A program made the position numbers and the translations under genes. DNA of 64,000 nt, taken from positions 1 through 64,000 of the IMG/VR virus record IMGVR_UViG_2896054739_000007, one strand, 5' to 3'. This document shows, one piece after another, positions 62,959 to 64,000 of this stretch. Within the stretch, counting starts at the first letter, position 1; every line of letters starts with the position of its first letter. This stretch comes from a virus (taxonomy: Duplodnaviria; Caudoviricetes). The notes under the pieces are model-generated. The model was not told the DNA's origin, did not search any database, and saw only the letters and a list, made by a program, of their open reading frames with translations.

Positions 62959-63164
62959 TTAATATCTATATTCAACTATTCTCTTTTTGAAACATTTGCA
63001 GAATCGCTTGAAAACACTTGACTTACAACTTGAGTATATGTAATAATATAGTCAACATAGCGTTTCTGCTGTGTGTATGTATTCAGAAGACTCATTCAAT
63101 TCAGAGGTGCTCCAACACCGTTTGTATGATTGAATGGGTCTTCTTATATTTCCTAACAACGATA

Positions 63165-63206
63165 AGTATAGAACATATGTTTCTTTTTGTCAAGAACGTT
63201 TGTTCG
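63165..63206 (-). promoter_or_regulatory. SigmaA promoter overlapped by two LexA (SOS) boxes
   Basis: -35 TTGACA (63188-63193), 17 bp, -10 TATACT (63165-63170); AGAAC-gttt-GTTCG (63193-63206) and AGAAC-atat-GTTTC (63170-63183). Confidence 0.82.
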
Positions 63207-63309
63207 GTTATTCATTCCATTTGAGGAAACAAAATGTTATGAATAATATTTTTTTCTTTTAATACTACATATAAAGATAAAGTTCCGAAAAAATCATTAT
63301 TTTGATAAA

Positions 63310-63507
63310 GGATACCCTGCTGCATGTGCTTTATACGATGGAACAACTACAAGAATATCTTTTGAAACTCTTGAAAACATTTGCAAAGTACTTAATTGCA
63401 CACCAAACGAAATATTAATATCAGACGATCCTCAATTACAACGTATGCTTATGTATACATCAAAGCTTAATGAATTGCAAAATACTAAAAAGGATACTGC
63501 TCTTTAA
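63310..63507 (+). pseudogene. 5'-truncated Cro/C1-type HTH regulator
   Basis: GYPAACALYDGTTTRISFETLENICKVLNCTPNEIL; no canonical in-frame start after the TAA at 63244. Confidence 0.65.
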
Positions 63508-63564
63508 TAATATCTCATTTAGTGTCCAATATACAGGACATTTAAATATTTAACTCATTTAAGG

Positions 63565-63745
63565 TATAGAAACCATAATTTCATCTTATTTTCATATGCA
63601 GAAATGCCTATTTTACACGCTTTTACACTTATAGATGGTTGATCATATTACAGTTTTATCCATTGATTCCATATTTTTAGTATAGAAATAAGGATTTTTC
63701 TATGCTAAACTGGCTAATATCAAAGATAAAATTATGGTTTCTATA
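63565..63745. repeat. 23-bp inverted repeat (22/23 identical) within a cluster of junction-motif-like sites
   Basis: TATAGAAACCATAATTTCATCTT (63565-63587) and AAGATAAAATTATGGTTTCTATA (63723-63745). Confidence 0.8.
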
Positions 63746-64000
63746 TTGGTCAGTATGCTTTTATACATACTGACCATATGTAATTTTAAACACTTATCCG
63801 CCTTGCTTTTAAATCATTCAAAGCTGCCATACCCTTTAGCTTATCATTTTGCTTTAAATTCTGTAATGGTGTACTCTGTTGTAACATCTCTGTTGGCGAC
63901 TGTTCATATGCTTCACACATAGCACAAAATGTTTTCATTACATCAGCCCACTCAGACTCGTCAATCCACTGTATATATGGAGTACCTCCTCTCTGCTTTA

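Larger units (their letters stand above)
1..64000 (-). mobile_element. Early/replication/accessory arm of a large SPbeta-like temperate phage (prophage); extends beyond the window
   Basis: Co-oriented dense small ORFs, phage-type replisome in SPbeta yorF-yorL order, nucleotide-metabolism cluster, tRNAs, tyrosine recombinase, DGR. Confidence 0.92.

Overview
AT-rich segment of a large temperate Firmicutes phage or prophage (Clostridia/Lachnospiraceae-like, SPbeta-like gene order). Almost everything is on the - strand. From right to left: a LexA-boxed sigmaA promoter, two tRNAs and a sigma factor; a long accessory region (Thg1, a complete diversity-generating retroelement, ADP-ribosylglycohydrolase, RNA ligase and PNK, a Cas12f/TnpB nuclease, three DNA methyltransferases, HNH-type genes, LemA); an SPbeta-like replisome (SSB, AAA, helicase, primase, RecJ-like, DnaE, RecD2); ligase and nucleotide-metabolism genes (thyA, folA, nrdD/G, dut); and a tyrosine recombinase at the left end. 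No virion genes are in the window. The main unexplained signal is a 16-bp palindrome, T(G/A)AAA-N6-TTT(C/T)A, with about 33 copies. They sit at gene junctions in the accessory and metabolic regions, and I saw no convincing copy between core replication genes. Each copy has a different 6-bp centre, and one coincides exactly with the breakpoint of a truncated guanylate kinase. This suggests an undescribed gene-cassette recombination system. Other signals: a shared leader (SD/anti-SD stem enclosing two palindromes) on all three methyltransferases, twin RNA scaffolds flanking the Cas12f-like gene, three tandem NrdR-box pairs, repeated ATA/ACG start codons, and two type I toxin-like genes. All calls come from reading the sequence and recalled family motifs. 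No searches were run.
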